Source: Balanoglossus misakiensis
Lineage: Eukaryota; Animalia; Hemichordata
Assembly: GCA_040954595.2 (NCBI GenBank)
Contig: CM082590.2
Location: forward strand, 3,968,001-4,032,000
Length of the DNA stretch: 64,000 nt
Direction of reading: 5' to 3'
Shown: positions 1 through 10,956 of the stretch, in pieces
Position numbering within the stretch: the first letter of the stretch is position 1
Layout: every line of letters starts with the position of its first letter
Notes under the pieces: model-generated
Seen by the model: only the letters and a program-made list of their open reading frames with translations
Database searches by the model: none
What the model was told of the DNA's origin: nothing
Program-made: the position numbers and the translations under genes

Positions 1-525
1 AGTGGGGCGGCATAACAAACATTTTCATATCGATTGTGCATTTTGTGATAAAAGCTCAGATTGCTGTCAATGTGTAATTAACTCCATCGGCCATGTAACG
101 CCGGGAACACACGCAGGGCTAGGAACACACATTCCCATCACATACAACACAACCCAACACAGAACTCAGCATGAACTGAACAAAGCAATTGCTCCATGTC
201 AATTTTGCATTGGTTTTACGGCCGCCAAGCTAAAAGTTTTGTTTCAGGGTTTTGACAAATATCTTTGGAGTAGGCAAGTGACAGGCAAAATCAGGAAACA
301 GATAATGTCTCATGACACGCGGCGACAGTGTGATTTTCAACATTACCTACACAGTCATAAATTGCGACAACATGTGGTGGGAAGGTATTTAAAATAAAGT
401 TGGGCATGACTACGGCAACACGTGGCAAAAGGCGAGCCAAATTCTAACAGGAACATTGCGATCGTACTGGGGAACTTGAAGGGCTTCCCAACAGCCAGCA
501 ATTTGGACTTATCAAGTGAAGACAT

Positions 526-622
526 AGCTGTAGAAACGCAGCTGTTCCGTCGGGGGGGGGAGGGGAGATGGGGGAATTAGTATTCCCCCTCACCCGGTGG
601 AACAGCTACATTTTCACGGCTA
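526..622. repeat. Small foldback (mini-MITE-like) element
   Basis: tagctgtagaaacgcagctgttcc at the left end is an imperfect inverted match to ggaacagctacattttcacggcta at the right end; G-run and C-run inside. Confidence 0.5.
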
Positions 623-985
623 CTGAAGATCCAACTCCGAAAAAGTTGGAATTTCAGAAATTTAATTCCACTTTCCTCGTGCAACGGAAGATTCGGAACG
701 TGTTTTGCTTTCCAAAAATCTCTAGACGCCCATTTGCGTAAGACGCCCTTTACGGTAACAATAAACTGTACTAGGAAACGTCTACACTAGATGATTTTAT
801 GTCTTCGTACAAACACACACAAATAAACTGTCAGGTTTAATCCCCCTGAAATTTTTCCTTGCCTCAATGCAAAAGACAGAATAATTTTTCAAGACATCGA
901 CCGACCGTGTTATGACAAGTGTCCATGGCTGTTTAGCCAACATCATCGCGAAACTTAGATTTAGGCTTATATTGAGCCTTTTTAA

Positions 986-1772
986 GACGGGTCCCCCGTA
1001 TCTTTTTGCCCGTTGCTATGGGCCTTTATAGGACATTACACCCCGATTTGGACTAAGCCGTTTTCAGAGTCTAACAAGGGCCCAGTAACTAGTTGAAAAT
1101 CTGCACGATTGTGAGCGCGCGCCCCCTGACGCCATTGATATGCAAATTAGCTAGGTCAAATTTCAAAAGCCTAAGGCTTTTTATTCCCTGACCTCAAAAA
1201 CGAACTTGATACGTATTCATTAGTTGCTCGAACCAGAGAAGATCGTGAAGGATTTTCTTTTCGAATATGATCGTTGTATCCTACGATTTCAGCATACCCG
1301 TACCACACCTGAAAAAGTCATCGATTTTGGGTGTTTTTGGACACACTCTTCCACCGGTATCGCTTCTTAGCGCGACGACATCCGTTAAAACGATCCTTCA
1401 CGCTATGCGGAAGTGTGTTCTCTGTCAACAAGTCAAATTTGACTGGCGTACGTGGCCTATGAAAAAAGCCTTAGGGATTTTTGTGAACGGTACAAAATCT
1501 CTGTGTACAAAACATTGGATTTTTAGCGTTCGATCCAGTTACTGTGGTTAAAGGACGCGCACGCTATCGCTGACCGCTGCTTTGCCGTATTAGCGTGGCG
1601 GCCTATGGCCGGGCGGTAGCTGCCGTAAACACAGGGGGTGTGCACACAATCGTGTGTATTTTTAACTAGTTACAAGCCCCTTGTCGGACGTTCATAACGG
1701 TTTCATTCAAAATTGAGTGTAGTGTCCTATAAAGGCCCATAGCAACGGGCAAAAAGATACGGGGGACCCATC
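986..1772. mobile_element. Non-autonomous TIR DNA transposon (Kolobok-type MITE)
   Basis: ~55-bp TIRs (gacgggtcccccgtatctttttgcccgttgctatgggcctttataggaca / tgtcctataaaggcccatagcaacgggcaaaaagatacgggggacccatc). TTAA on both sides (982-985, 1773-1776). 5'-RR termini with a TTAA target fit Kolobok rather than piggyBac. Confidence 0.85.
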
Positions 1773-1881
1773 TTAAATCATGTTCAAACATTCCATAATA
1801 ATACAAGACATGCTGTCATTGTTAATCTGCTAAACTTGATCTCACAGTCATTTGCTTTGAATGATTGATTTCTTTTTAAAT
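1285..1881. repeat. Left copy of a 597-bp direct duplication flanking the LINE
   Basis: Reads identical by eye to 3674-4270 (offset 2389). Starts gatttcagcataccc, ends ctttttaaat. Confidence 0.95.
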
Positions 1882-3673
1882 AATAATAAATAATAATAAT
1901 AATTTATTCAGTACCAATGGCCACCGGCCAAACTGTACAAAAATTCCAAGTATTACAGGTTTTTGACGCTAGTACGGTATAAAAAATAGATGCACTGTCA
2001 CAATTCTGGAGATGGAAATACAGAGACATAATAAACTATACATGTATATTGTTCAAATTATCATGTCTACGTTTTGTTGCATAGAATATGTATCTGCTGA
2101 GATTACGAACAGTTTCTACTTTCTCTGAAGAGAGAAGTAGTGTGAATTTATACAGAACAGGGGGGTTGTGAAAATAGTCTGGAATATATTTGACTCTCAA
2201 ATCAGAGTACTTTGGACAAACTAACAAAAAATGGAATTCGTCTTCGACATATTTCAAAGAACACAAATCACACAGTCTGTCATGGCGTGGAATATTACTC
2301 CATCGTCCGGTCTCTACCTTTAAACAGTGAGCAGAGACTCTAAATTTGCATAGGGCTAGCCTGAATACAGGTTTCTCAATCTGTAACAAATATGGTTCTA
2401 CACGGAGTTCTTTTTCAAAAGTTGAATAGGTTTCCAACCTTCTAGAGTGACTCAAATTTTCAGTGCATGACTGAACATCAATATCAACACATCTTTGTTT
2501 AAAAGTCTTTAAAAACATAGCTTCATTTCCAACACCTTGGTTTTCCCATACTTCACCAAAACCATAACTCTGTAGCAAAAAGCGTACATTTTTTGCCCAA
2601 AACTTATAACGTGTAACATCAATATTACAAAGCTGAAATTCATAGCATTTATATACAATTCTATTTTTATCCATTTTCAAAATACGGAGCCAATATTTGA
2701 TAATTTTACAATAAATATGCACCCTTAAGGTAACTCTACCTAATTCGCCTCTCATGGCTGCTACTGAAGTATTTTTATACAGTTTTAAAGCATAACGCAT
2801 CATTTTGTTGTGAAGCTTCTCAATGTCATGAGCTGGGTGGAAGCCCCAGATTTCTGAACCATACAGTAAAATTGGAATAATTTTAGCATCAAACAATTTC
2901 CACACAATGTCCACTGGCAAAGTGCCAAATTTGTGTAAACAATTTGTGAGAGTATAAAGAGCTCTATTAGCTTGCTCACTGAGTGCTTTTTGAGCTTGGA
3001 ACCATTGACCGGTCCAGGAAAAAACTACACCAAGATACCCATGAAATGAGGTTACTGATACCTGCTGACCATTATAAAACCATTTTTCATACTTTCTTAG
3101 TCCCCCACCCCTCCTGAAAACGATAACTTTGGTTTTATCCATATTTACTGTGAGTTTCCATTTACAACAATATTCATACATTTGGTTAAATAAACGTTGT
3201 AAACCTATCCTAGAAGAACTCACAAGAGCTAGGTCATCAGCAAATAAAAGGTAGATAATTTTTAAAATGCCAATTTGACAGCCAGAAAATTGGTAAGTAC
3301 TACTCAATGTTTCACCCAGGTCATTCACAAACATATTGAATAAAAGAGGTGACAAAACAGAGCCTTGTTGTACACCACAACTACATTCGAAAAAGTTAGT
3401 TATACCTTTCTGAGTTCGCACACAGGCTTTAACATTTTGGTACATTGAAAAGATGACATTGTAAACTTTACTTCTAATTCCACATTTGAGTAACTTGTAA
3501 AAAAGACAGTAGTGGTCAATACGGTCAAAAGCCTTCTCAAAATCAATAAAGGCAATGTACACTCTCCCCTTTTGGTGTGCTAAATAGTTAGAAATAATTG
3601 TATAAAGTATAAATACATTGTCAGAAGTACAATAAAATTTGCGGAAGCCTGCCTGTTCATCAACAATTGGATG
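1882..3673 (-). mobile_element. 5'-truncated non-LTR retrotransposon (RTEX-like; CR1/L2 group not excluded)
   Basis: RT ORF, ~130-bp 3' UTR, then AATAAA running into a (TTA)n tail on the minus strand at ~1882-1908. Abrupt 5' truncation at 3673. Confidence 0.9.
2036..3673 (-). CDS. LINE ORF2 fragment: reverse transcriptase plus C-terminal Cys/His motif
   Basis: EQAGFR, FIDFEKAFD, GVQQGSVLSPLLF, LLFADD, YLGV, and C-terminal CDLC..VEDEFHFLLVCPKY. ~545 codons with no stop. The first codons of the listed ORF (3674-3697) come from flanking DNA. Confidence 0.9.
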   Translation of the reverse strand, partial: HPIVDEQAGFRKFYCTSDNVFILYTIISNYLAHQKGRVYIAFIDFEKAFDRIDHYCLFYKLLKCGIRSKVYNVIFSMYQNVKACVRTQKGITNFFECSCGVQQGSVLSPLLFNMFVNDLGETLSSTYQFSGCQIGILKIIYLLFADDLALVSSSRIGLQRLFNQMYEYCCKWKLTVNMDKTKVIVFRRGGGLRKYEKWFYNGQQVSVTSFHGYLGVVFSWTGQWFQAQKALSEQANRALYTLTNCLHKFGTLPVDIVWKLFDAKIIPILLYGSEIWGFHPAHDIEKLHNKMMRYALKLYKNTSVAAMRGELGRVTLRVHIYCKIIKYWLRILKMDKNRIVYKCYEFQLCNIDVTRYKFWAKNVRFLLQSYGFGEVWENQGVGNEAMFLKTFKQRCVDIDVQSCTENLSHSRRLETYSTFEKELRVEPYLLQIEKPVFRLALCKFRVSAHCLKVETGRWSNIPRHDRLCDLCSLKYVEDEFHFLLVCPKYSDLRVKYIPDYFHNPPVLYKFTLLLSSEKVETVRNLSRYIFYATKRRHDNLNNIHV

Positions 3674-4270
3674 GATTTCAGCATACCCGTACCACACCTG
3701 AAAAAGTCATCGATTTTGGGTGTTTTTGGACACACTCTTCCACCGGTATCGCTTCTTAGCGCGACGACATCCGTTAAAACGATCCTTCACGCTATGCGGA
3801 AGTGTGTTCTCTGTCAACAAGTCAAATTTGACTGGCGTACGTGGCCTATGAAAAAAGCCTTAGGGATTTTTGTGAACGGTACAAAATCTCTGTGTACAAA
3901 ACATTGGATTTTTAGCGTTCGATCCAGTTACTGTGGTTAAAGGACGCGCACGCTATCGCTGACCGCTGCTTTGCCGTATTAGCGTGGCGGCCTATGGCCG
4001 GGCGGTAGCTGCCGTAAACACAGGGGGTGTGCACACAATCGTGTGTATTTTTAACTAGTTACAAGCCCCTTGTCGGACGTTCATAACGGTTTCATTCAAA
4101 ATTGAGTGTAGTGTCCTATAAAGGCCCATAGCAACGGGCAAAAAGATACGGGGGACCCATCTTAAATCATGTTCAAACATTCCATAATAATACAAGACAT
4201 GCTGTCATTGTTAATCTGCTAAACTTGATCTCACAGTCATTTGCTTTGAATGATTGATTTCTTTTTAAAT
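3674..4270. repeat. Right copy of the 597-bp duplication; includes a second MITE right TIR ending at 4161 followed by TTAA
   Basis: Direct match to 1285-1881. Confidence 0.95.
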
Positions 4271-5219
4271 CATGTTCAAACACTCCATAATTATACAAGA
4301 CAGGCTGACATTGTTAAAATAGGTTGTAAAGTCTGCGCCGTTGGGAATAAGGCAGAGGAATAGCCGTTAACTATTTATTTTTATTAACCTATGTTCAAAA
4401 ATGTGTGTTATTGATAATAAAACGTGTCCACTGATGTATGAGTGTAGAATAGAATGAGTGTCATTACAGTAACTTACATTATCTTTCACATCGATGCTGG
4501 CATTGGATTGCAGTAGAAGTCTCACTACGTCAACATAGCCCCACCGTGCTGCATAGTGTAACGGTGCCCAACCATCCTGTGGGAATACAACAAAAATGTG
4601 TCATTGAATATCCCTGACTATAACCTTCAACTAGTCATGTTTCAAAATGACCTATATTACACGTTCTGAATAGTCCTGTGTATTGGCTATGGGCGAAAAT
4701 GCGAACTTTCTAAATTGTTGCAATTTCATTGTTTTTAAACATACAGCTGTCAAACTCACATATGTATTAAAGTTGACATAACAGCTCTCAAAACTAGTTT
4801 CAGTTTTAAAATTGAAGGTCGCTAAGTGTGTGAGTTGTAGGTTACAAAATACATACCAAAGGTGAATTTTAAAATTTTCATGCTTGTTTTGTTCTGAGCA
4901 CACCAGTTTGTTTATTTCTTAGGCTTTCACTTTGATTGTTCAATATGTTGATTTTATTTTAATATACACTTTGCTTTTTTAAGATTATTTTTTTTATTTT
5001 AAGCATTTCAAAGATGAAACTTTGGGTAGACCATTATGAGATGTTATAGAATATTGAAAAGTTTACACTATTAAGATTGGACACCATTAAATATTTCAAA
5101 TAATGCTGCAAAATAGACTGAAATAACTCCCATTGACTTAACATGTATAAAAACAAAAGAATAAGTTTTTGGGGACACTTGGATATTTTTTTATGTTGAA
5201 AACTCGGCGAAAAACGGGT

Positions 5220-5775
5220 TGTTTTATGCTTATTCTAACGAAAATCTTACAATCCAATATATGTTTTTTAAGCTCAGATTCTGGGCTCTCTAACCCTGAA
5301 AACAGATTTCCAAAAATCATAGAAATAAAATCAGAGAGCCAACGATTACAATTTGTTACGATCGTATTTTGCACTCACTTCCGGGTTTCGGCCAATTGCA
5401 GACAAATACTTTTTATAAAAGGCTTCGTTTTATGCTTATTCTAACAGTTATCTAACAATCCAATATATGGTTTTAAAGCTTAGAATCTTGGCTCTCTAAC
5501 CGCTGAAGCTGTTTTTCAAAAATCGTAGAATTGAAACCAGAGAGCCAACGATTACAATTTGTTACGATCGTACTTTGCACTCACTTCCGGGTTTCGGCCA
5601 ATTGCAGACAAATACTTTTTATAAAAGGCTTCGTTTTATGCTTATTCTAACAATTATCTAACAATCCAATATATGGTTTTAAAGCTTAGAATCTTAGCTC
5701 TCTAACCGCTAAAACCGTTTTTCAAAAATCGTAGAAGTGAAATCAGGGAAGCCAACGATTACAATTTGTTATGGT
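5220..5775. repeat. ~205-bp tandem repeat, about 2.7 copies
   Basis: ttttatgcttattctaac...aatccaatatatg...gccaacgattacaatttgtta recurs at ~5223, ~5428 and ~5634. Confidence 0.85.
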
Positions 5776-5870
5776 CTTTTTTTCTTGTGTAGGGTTAGGT
5801 ACATAGGGATTTGGGCGACAGGCAAAATCCTCAGTTTTTTTAGGTTAAGTTTACATCACTTCTGACTCAC

Positions 5871-7470
5871 TTAGAGTGGGCCGATCTTTAAAGTGTAACG
5901 TGTTTTGAAATCGTCAATTACTGCTCTAAAACATGTTAAAGAGTCGAGTTGGTATCTTTTAGAATAAATTAATAGGTTTGCTAAAAATAAAGTGATGTTT
6001 AAGTGATTCTTTTGTTTTTATGCATATTAAAGAATAGGACAAATTATAATATTTGTGACCCTATCCTGATTTGTACAATTAAAGTAGCTTGAGTACTGTT
6101 TTTTTCAGGATGTATAGACATTTGAATTTTCTATGCTATAGTACATTATTTTTTTTAATGCAGACAAGAAGTTATAAATATGTAATTATGAAAAATAATG
6201 TCAGTGCCCCATAGGCTTTACACTGTAGACAACAGGGTGTCATAGGTTAAAATTTTGGAAAGTAAGAAAACATGTTGTTTAAAGCTTGTTATTTTCAGAG
6301 TGTGTAAAGAACATGATGGGATACTCCATACATTTTTTTAAAGTTGTTACATGTACAGCAATGCCAGTAGCTATTGGGTCAAAATAGGTAATTCATATAT
6401 CTCACAATGACATTTTTTGTTATATTGTCATGTGTTTGCAAAGTTGCTATAAACACTTAGCATTGTCCAATTTAAAAACAGTTTTCTGTTTTGAAAAGGA
6501 TATAATAAACTTCATAACAGATTGAAGAATCAAATTGATTGTGTTAGGAATAAGGAAACCGCATTGAATCAAGAAAGGCACTGTCAATCGACAAAGTAGA
6601 CAATGCTGTTTGACCCCTTTAACAGCATATATTATCACACAAAATTGACATTGTTTCTACCACTCTGGTTTCTTATTTATTCAGCAATGAAGTTCACACT
6701 TTAACAATATTTTAAATACATATTGTTCTTTATAAAACATATGAAACAGTTTTAAAATCAGATGATTCTAAGTGTTTAAACCAACTTTGCAAACATATAT
6801 TGCAATATAACAAAAATGTCATTGTCAGATTTATGAATCGCCTATTTTGACTCAATACCTATTGGCATTACTCTTCATGTAACAACTTTTAAAAAAATGT
6901 ATGGAGTATCCCATCATGTTCTTAACACATTCTGAAAATAGAAAACATTAAACAACATGTTTTCTTACTTTCCTAAATTTTTACCTATGACACCCTGTTT
7001 TCTATATTGTAAAGCTTATTGTTCACTAATATTTTGTTTCATAATTATACTTTTATAACTTCTTGTCTACATTGTCTCATTTAGAGTGGGCCAATCTTTA
7101 AAGTGTAACCTGTTTTGAAATCGTCAACTGCTGCTCTAAAACATATTGAAGATCTGATGTGGTATCCTTAAGAATAAATTAATATTTGTGCCAACAAAAA
7201 GTGATGTTTAAGTGATTCTTTTGTTTTTATGCATGTTAAAGATAGAACAAGTGATAAAATATAAAACCCTACCCTAAGATGTACAATAAAGGAGATTTAG
7301 TACTGATTTTTTCAGGAATAATAGACATATAAATTCTCTATTCTGGAGTACATTAATATTAAATAAATAAAGACAAAAGTTATAAAAATATAATTATGAA
7401 ACAAAATGTTTGTGCCCCATAGGCTTAACACTGTAGAAAACCAGGTGTCATAGGTAACAATTTTGGAAAA
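5871..7470. repeat. AT-rich direct plus inverted repeat complex
   Basis: 5871-6260 is repeated directly, with divergence, at 7082-7470. 6162-6446 is repeated in inverted orientation at 6782-7068. Confidence 0.85.
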
Positions 7471-7569
7471 TATAAATTCTACAATGCAACATATTACAAA
7501 TATTAAATAAGTTCAAAATGATATATTACAAAGACATTTAATATGTAAGAATAAGTGTGTGTATATGTG

Positions 7570-9467
7570 TGTTCGTTAGTTTGTCTTTGAAGTTGCTTTT
7601 TCTCTCTTATCTACCCGATTAATTCTGTCCTTTCTTATTCTTAATTGACTTCCGGACATGGTGGCAAATTTGTTTGGTTGAGAATTCCGCCATGTCATCA
7701 GCCAAAGTTGGGGTGTCTTCTTGTACTTTTCAACATCTTTGCTGCTAACTTTACCAACTGCTATCTCTTCTGCAAACATTTCTTCAATGGCTTGCTAAAA
7801 GTGCGACGGCCGTGTTTAATTCCTTGGCCTGAAGTTTGACTTATATTGTCCCCCCCCCCTCCCTGTACCAGGGCTGCCAGTCATCTCCACACCACCCTCA
7901 TCTGTATTGTCAACAAAAGGCCTTTTGGATATGGCCAGTTTTGAAAACAACTGATTTGGGTGGTGGTCAATGCTGGGTGGTGCTATGCTTCCCACTGAAC
8001 TCTCATCATTTTCATATTGCTCAGTTGCACTCACTTTCATTTTTTTTTCTTCCATGTTTTATTCGCAACTATCTTGGAATGCAATTAACGCGTTGAATAG
8101 GTAACACTCGCGGATTCCTGCACACCTTTTGTCATGGCATTAGAAGATGCCTGTGTGCGGGAACTATGTGCCATGTGTGACGTGAGGGGCACTGCAAGAT
8201 CAGGATCGTTCAGCAAAACATGTAACGGTGGATTTGCATAAAATTGTTGTGGTCAGTTCTTTTGAAATGACATCCGCGAAGCGCCAGGCAGCTTTCAGCG
8301 TCTTCGCAAACGTACTCGAGTTAAAATCCCTGCCATGATACATCCTGAACAACCTGGTAGAGTTATCATTCTCCCCCCCCCCCCCTCACGAAAGGGTAAT
8401 ACGTGTTCAATATACATCATAGCCAGTTTATACAGTGTAGACGAGAAAGCAATTCTCACGGGCCCTGATGTTGCTGAAGTTTTATGTGCCGCAACAGTCA
8501 CAACCAACCCCTTGTCAGTCTCTTTGGCTGCTCTAACATCCCCAACTGTTATGTTTTTATAGGCACAATTTGTTTGTACGTTGTCTAGGACTAGTTGCAC
8601 CATAATGTGGCCTGACATTAAGCAAAAATCTTCTCGTGAAACGCTAGGTCTGCCCTCCCCACACAGCTAAACTCCATAAAAGCCTTGTTGGCGTGGATCG
8701 CCATTTCGCACGTCTCATAGGATGCAATCTCCTCAGGAGTCAAGATCTTTTCCTGTTCGGCATCCTGAAAAACACTTCTCCTTAATTTACTTCTTTTGTC
8801 AGACTCTGAGCCCAACGGCTACACTGATCTATCATCTGGCGTGCATTTTTAATAAAACCGTTATGTTCTGAATCGAGAAAACGATAAAGTCTCAAAGAAA
8901 AATATATGACCGAACTGTTAAAGCTTCATAAGGCTTGAGCATGGCTTCAAGACATTCCCTGACTTTTCCCTTTTCACTCAAACCTTCCACCCCCCCCCAC
9001 CCCACCCCACCCAAACAGACTCAACAAGTTTTTCAGCCAGAGCTGGATGCTGGATGGCTGCTTTCCCAAACTTTCTCCCCCCATCCATTCCCTGTATCCA
9101 CTTTTTAAAATCAGTTATAAGAATATTTTCTGTGCTTTCCATCACCCCTACCCTCTTTCTCTCTTATTTCTGCCTCCAATTCTCCGTCTGTTTCAATAAC
9201 CCCCACCCCTATCTCGCCTTCTGAATCACTTCTATTTTCTGATTCGAAATCTCTTTCTCTTTCACTAACCCTCTCCCCCATCTCACCATCACTTTTATTA
9301 TCCTGACTTGTAAAGATCTCTTCTCCCCTTCCCTACAACTTCTTTTGCGATCTTCCTGCCCTACATTGCCCTTTTTTCTCTGCTGTGTAATGTATTCCCT
9401 TTTGAGTCGCAATGCAACTCTAGCAGTTTGGGCCAGTTAGTATTTTGTATTTGGGAAGTCTGGTACT
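7570..9467 (-). pseudogene. Decayed tyrosine-recombinase-like gene, probably from a Crypton-like element
   Basis: Fragments in order across frameshifts: FKKWIQGMDGGRK..AIQH (~9050-9120); LVLDN..YKNITV..VTVAAHKTSATSGPVRI..LY (8295-8618); LKAAW..TTTIL(C)KSTVT..LTSHMAHSSRTQ (~8150-8300). The spacing resembles YR catalytic boxes, with several key residues degenerate. Confidence 0.65.
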
Positions 9468-9855
9468 AATTACCCTTCGGCTCCCAAGAAAAGGACAAGG
9501 ACAACTCTTTGGCAGGAAATATAGGAAGTACTTTTTATTTGCAAGACTCCACCTTACATAAATTAAAAAAACAATAAACTCAAGTACAGGGAAAATAAAC
9601 TCATGTAATAATGTTGGGAGTGGTGGGTGGGTTACAAAAGCAGAGAGCTCCCAAAACACGTACGTAGCATCTCAGGAAATAGCTGTGTGTGAACTGCGCA
9701 TGTGCAACTGGCCCTCAGAGGGCTCACTAACCCGATGAGTAATTAGACATAATGACACATTATTAAACAAATTACCCTTCGGCTCCTAAGTAAATGACAA
9801 GGGCAACTCTTTGGCAGGAAATATAAGAAATACTTTTTATTTGCAAGACTCCACC
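9468..9855 (-). repeat. Split direct repeats B2 (9468-9553) and B1 (9770-9855) around putative A2
   Basis: aattacccttcggctcc...ctctttggcaggaaatata...tactttttatttgcaagactccacc occurs twice with a few substitutions. Confidence 0.85.
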
Positions 9856-9988
9856 AAACTGAATTACCGGCCAGAGAGATGTCCAAATTAAAGTTATAGC
9901 AATAAGTAAATTAAATAAATAGAAAAATTATAAAATTGACACGGTAACAAGACCTGCTGATTTGAAACTAACAACTCTGAAACTGTGA

Positions 9989-10929
9989 CTACAAGTCGTA
10001 ACATGTGAAATACAGGCGGGTGGACAAGGGAATTTGAACATAACGCTCATAGGCGTCTGAGCGCCAATCCCCGTGGAGTTTGATCAGGTCTGGGGGAACC
10101 CCTGCTGCATGGGCCAGGGAGGCTCCACCCCTACGCAAACTGTGAGCAGAATAAAGTTTGCTGTCTTTGCCAATGGCTTCCAGTAGTTTGCCAAGAGCCG
10201 AAGAAAACGATGAAAATGTCAGACTGACAAGCTTGCCGTTCTGAGGGTAAATGAAGGCTGGCTGATCTCTCGCGGCCGGCACCGAGGAGAGCATGAGTTT
10301 AACTGCCGACACAGGGCAAAGGGGGCTGCCAGGCAACGCTGCTAGCGGAATAAAGAGAGTGCGCTCATGACACTGCAGTGTCTTGGACCAACGCAATGCA
10401 AGCATAACGTGCTTATCACTAACTGCAATATCGCGCCTGGTGAGGTGGCGATTGCGATCAAATGAGTGCTTGGAGGGAGGAACCAAGTTCGATTTCCTCG
10501 AAAAGGCAAAGAAGCCAATTAAAACAGCCACCAAACTGTTTAATAAAACTTGCTGGAAAGATCAATAAATGTTGCCATTTCCTCCAACTGAGAAGGTGTG
10601 TGGACACTGCTTTTTCTGATGCCTGTGAGCGCCAATTTGAAACCCAGGCATTCGAAAGGTTCCAGGCTGTGGCCGGTCAGTATATGAAGTGTCTTGACAC
10701 CCGCAATATAATTGGTAACGGATGCAGGACTACTACACGACCTGCTAAGAAAGTGGGCATAAAGCGCCAAAACTGTGGACGTTGTAGGCACCGCTTGCAA
10801 ACCGTAGTAAAGTGCAAAACTTATATAGGAGCGGAACTGAATATTCAGGTTCCTGAGCATACCGGGACGAAAGGCTGCTAGCCGGGAGTTCTTGACCTCT
10901 TGTCTTAATAACTCCAGATCTTGCTGCAC
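9989..10929 (-). pseudogene. DIRS/Ngaro tyrosine recombinase, interrupted by a stop near 10540
   Basis: FSRKSNL, WSKT, CPV, HSLRRGGA, HGDWRSDAYERY. N-terminal core-binding part lies in 10540-10929. Confidence 0.9.
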
Positions 10930-10956
10930 AGCTGCAAATAAATTAAAATAAGACGT

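Noticed and set aside
2-397. 131-aa ORF at the window start
   Set aside because: No recognisable domain or splice structure, and it is truncated by the window edge.
1267-1551. Duplicated 89-94 aa ORFs (also 3671-3940)
   Set aside because: They lie inside the MITE and its duplicated copy, with no recognisable motif.
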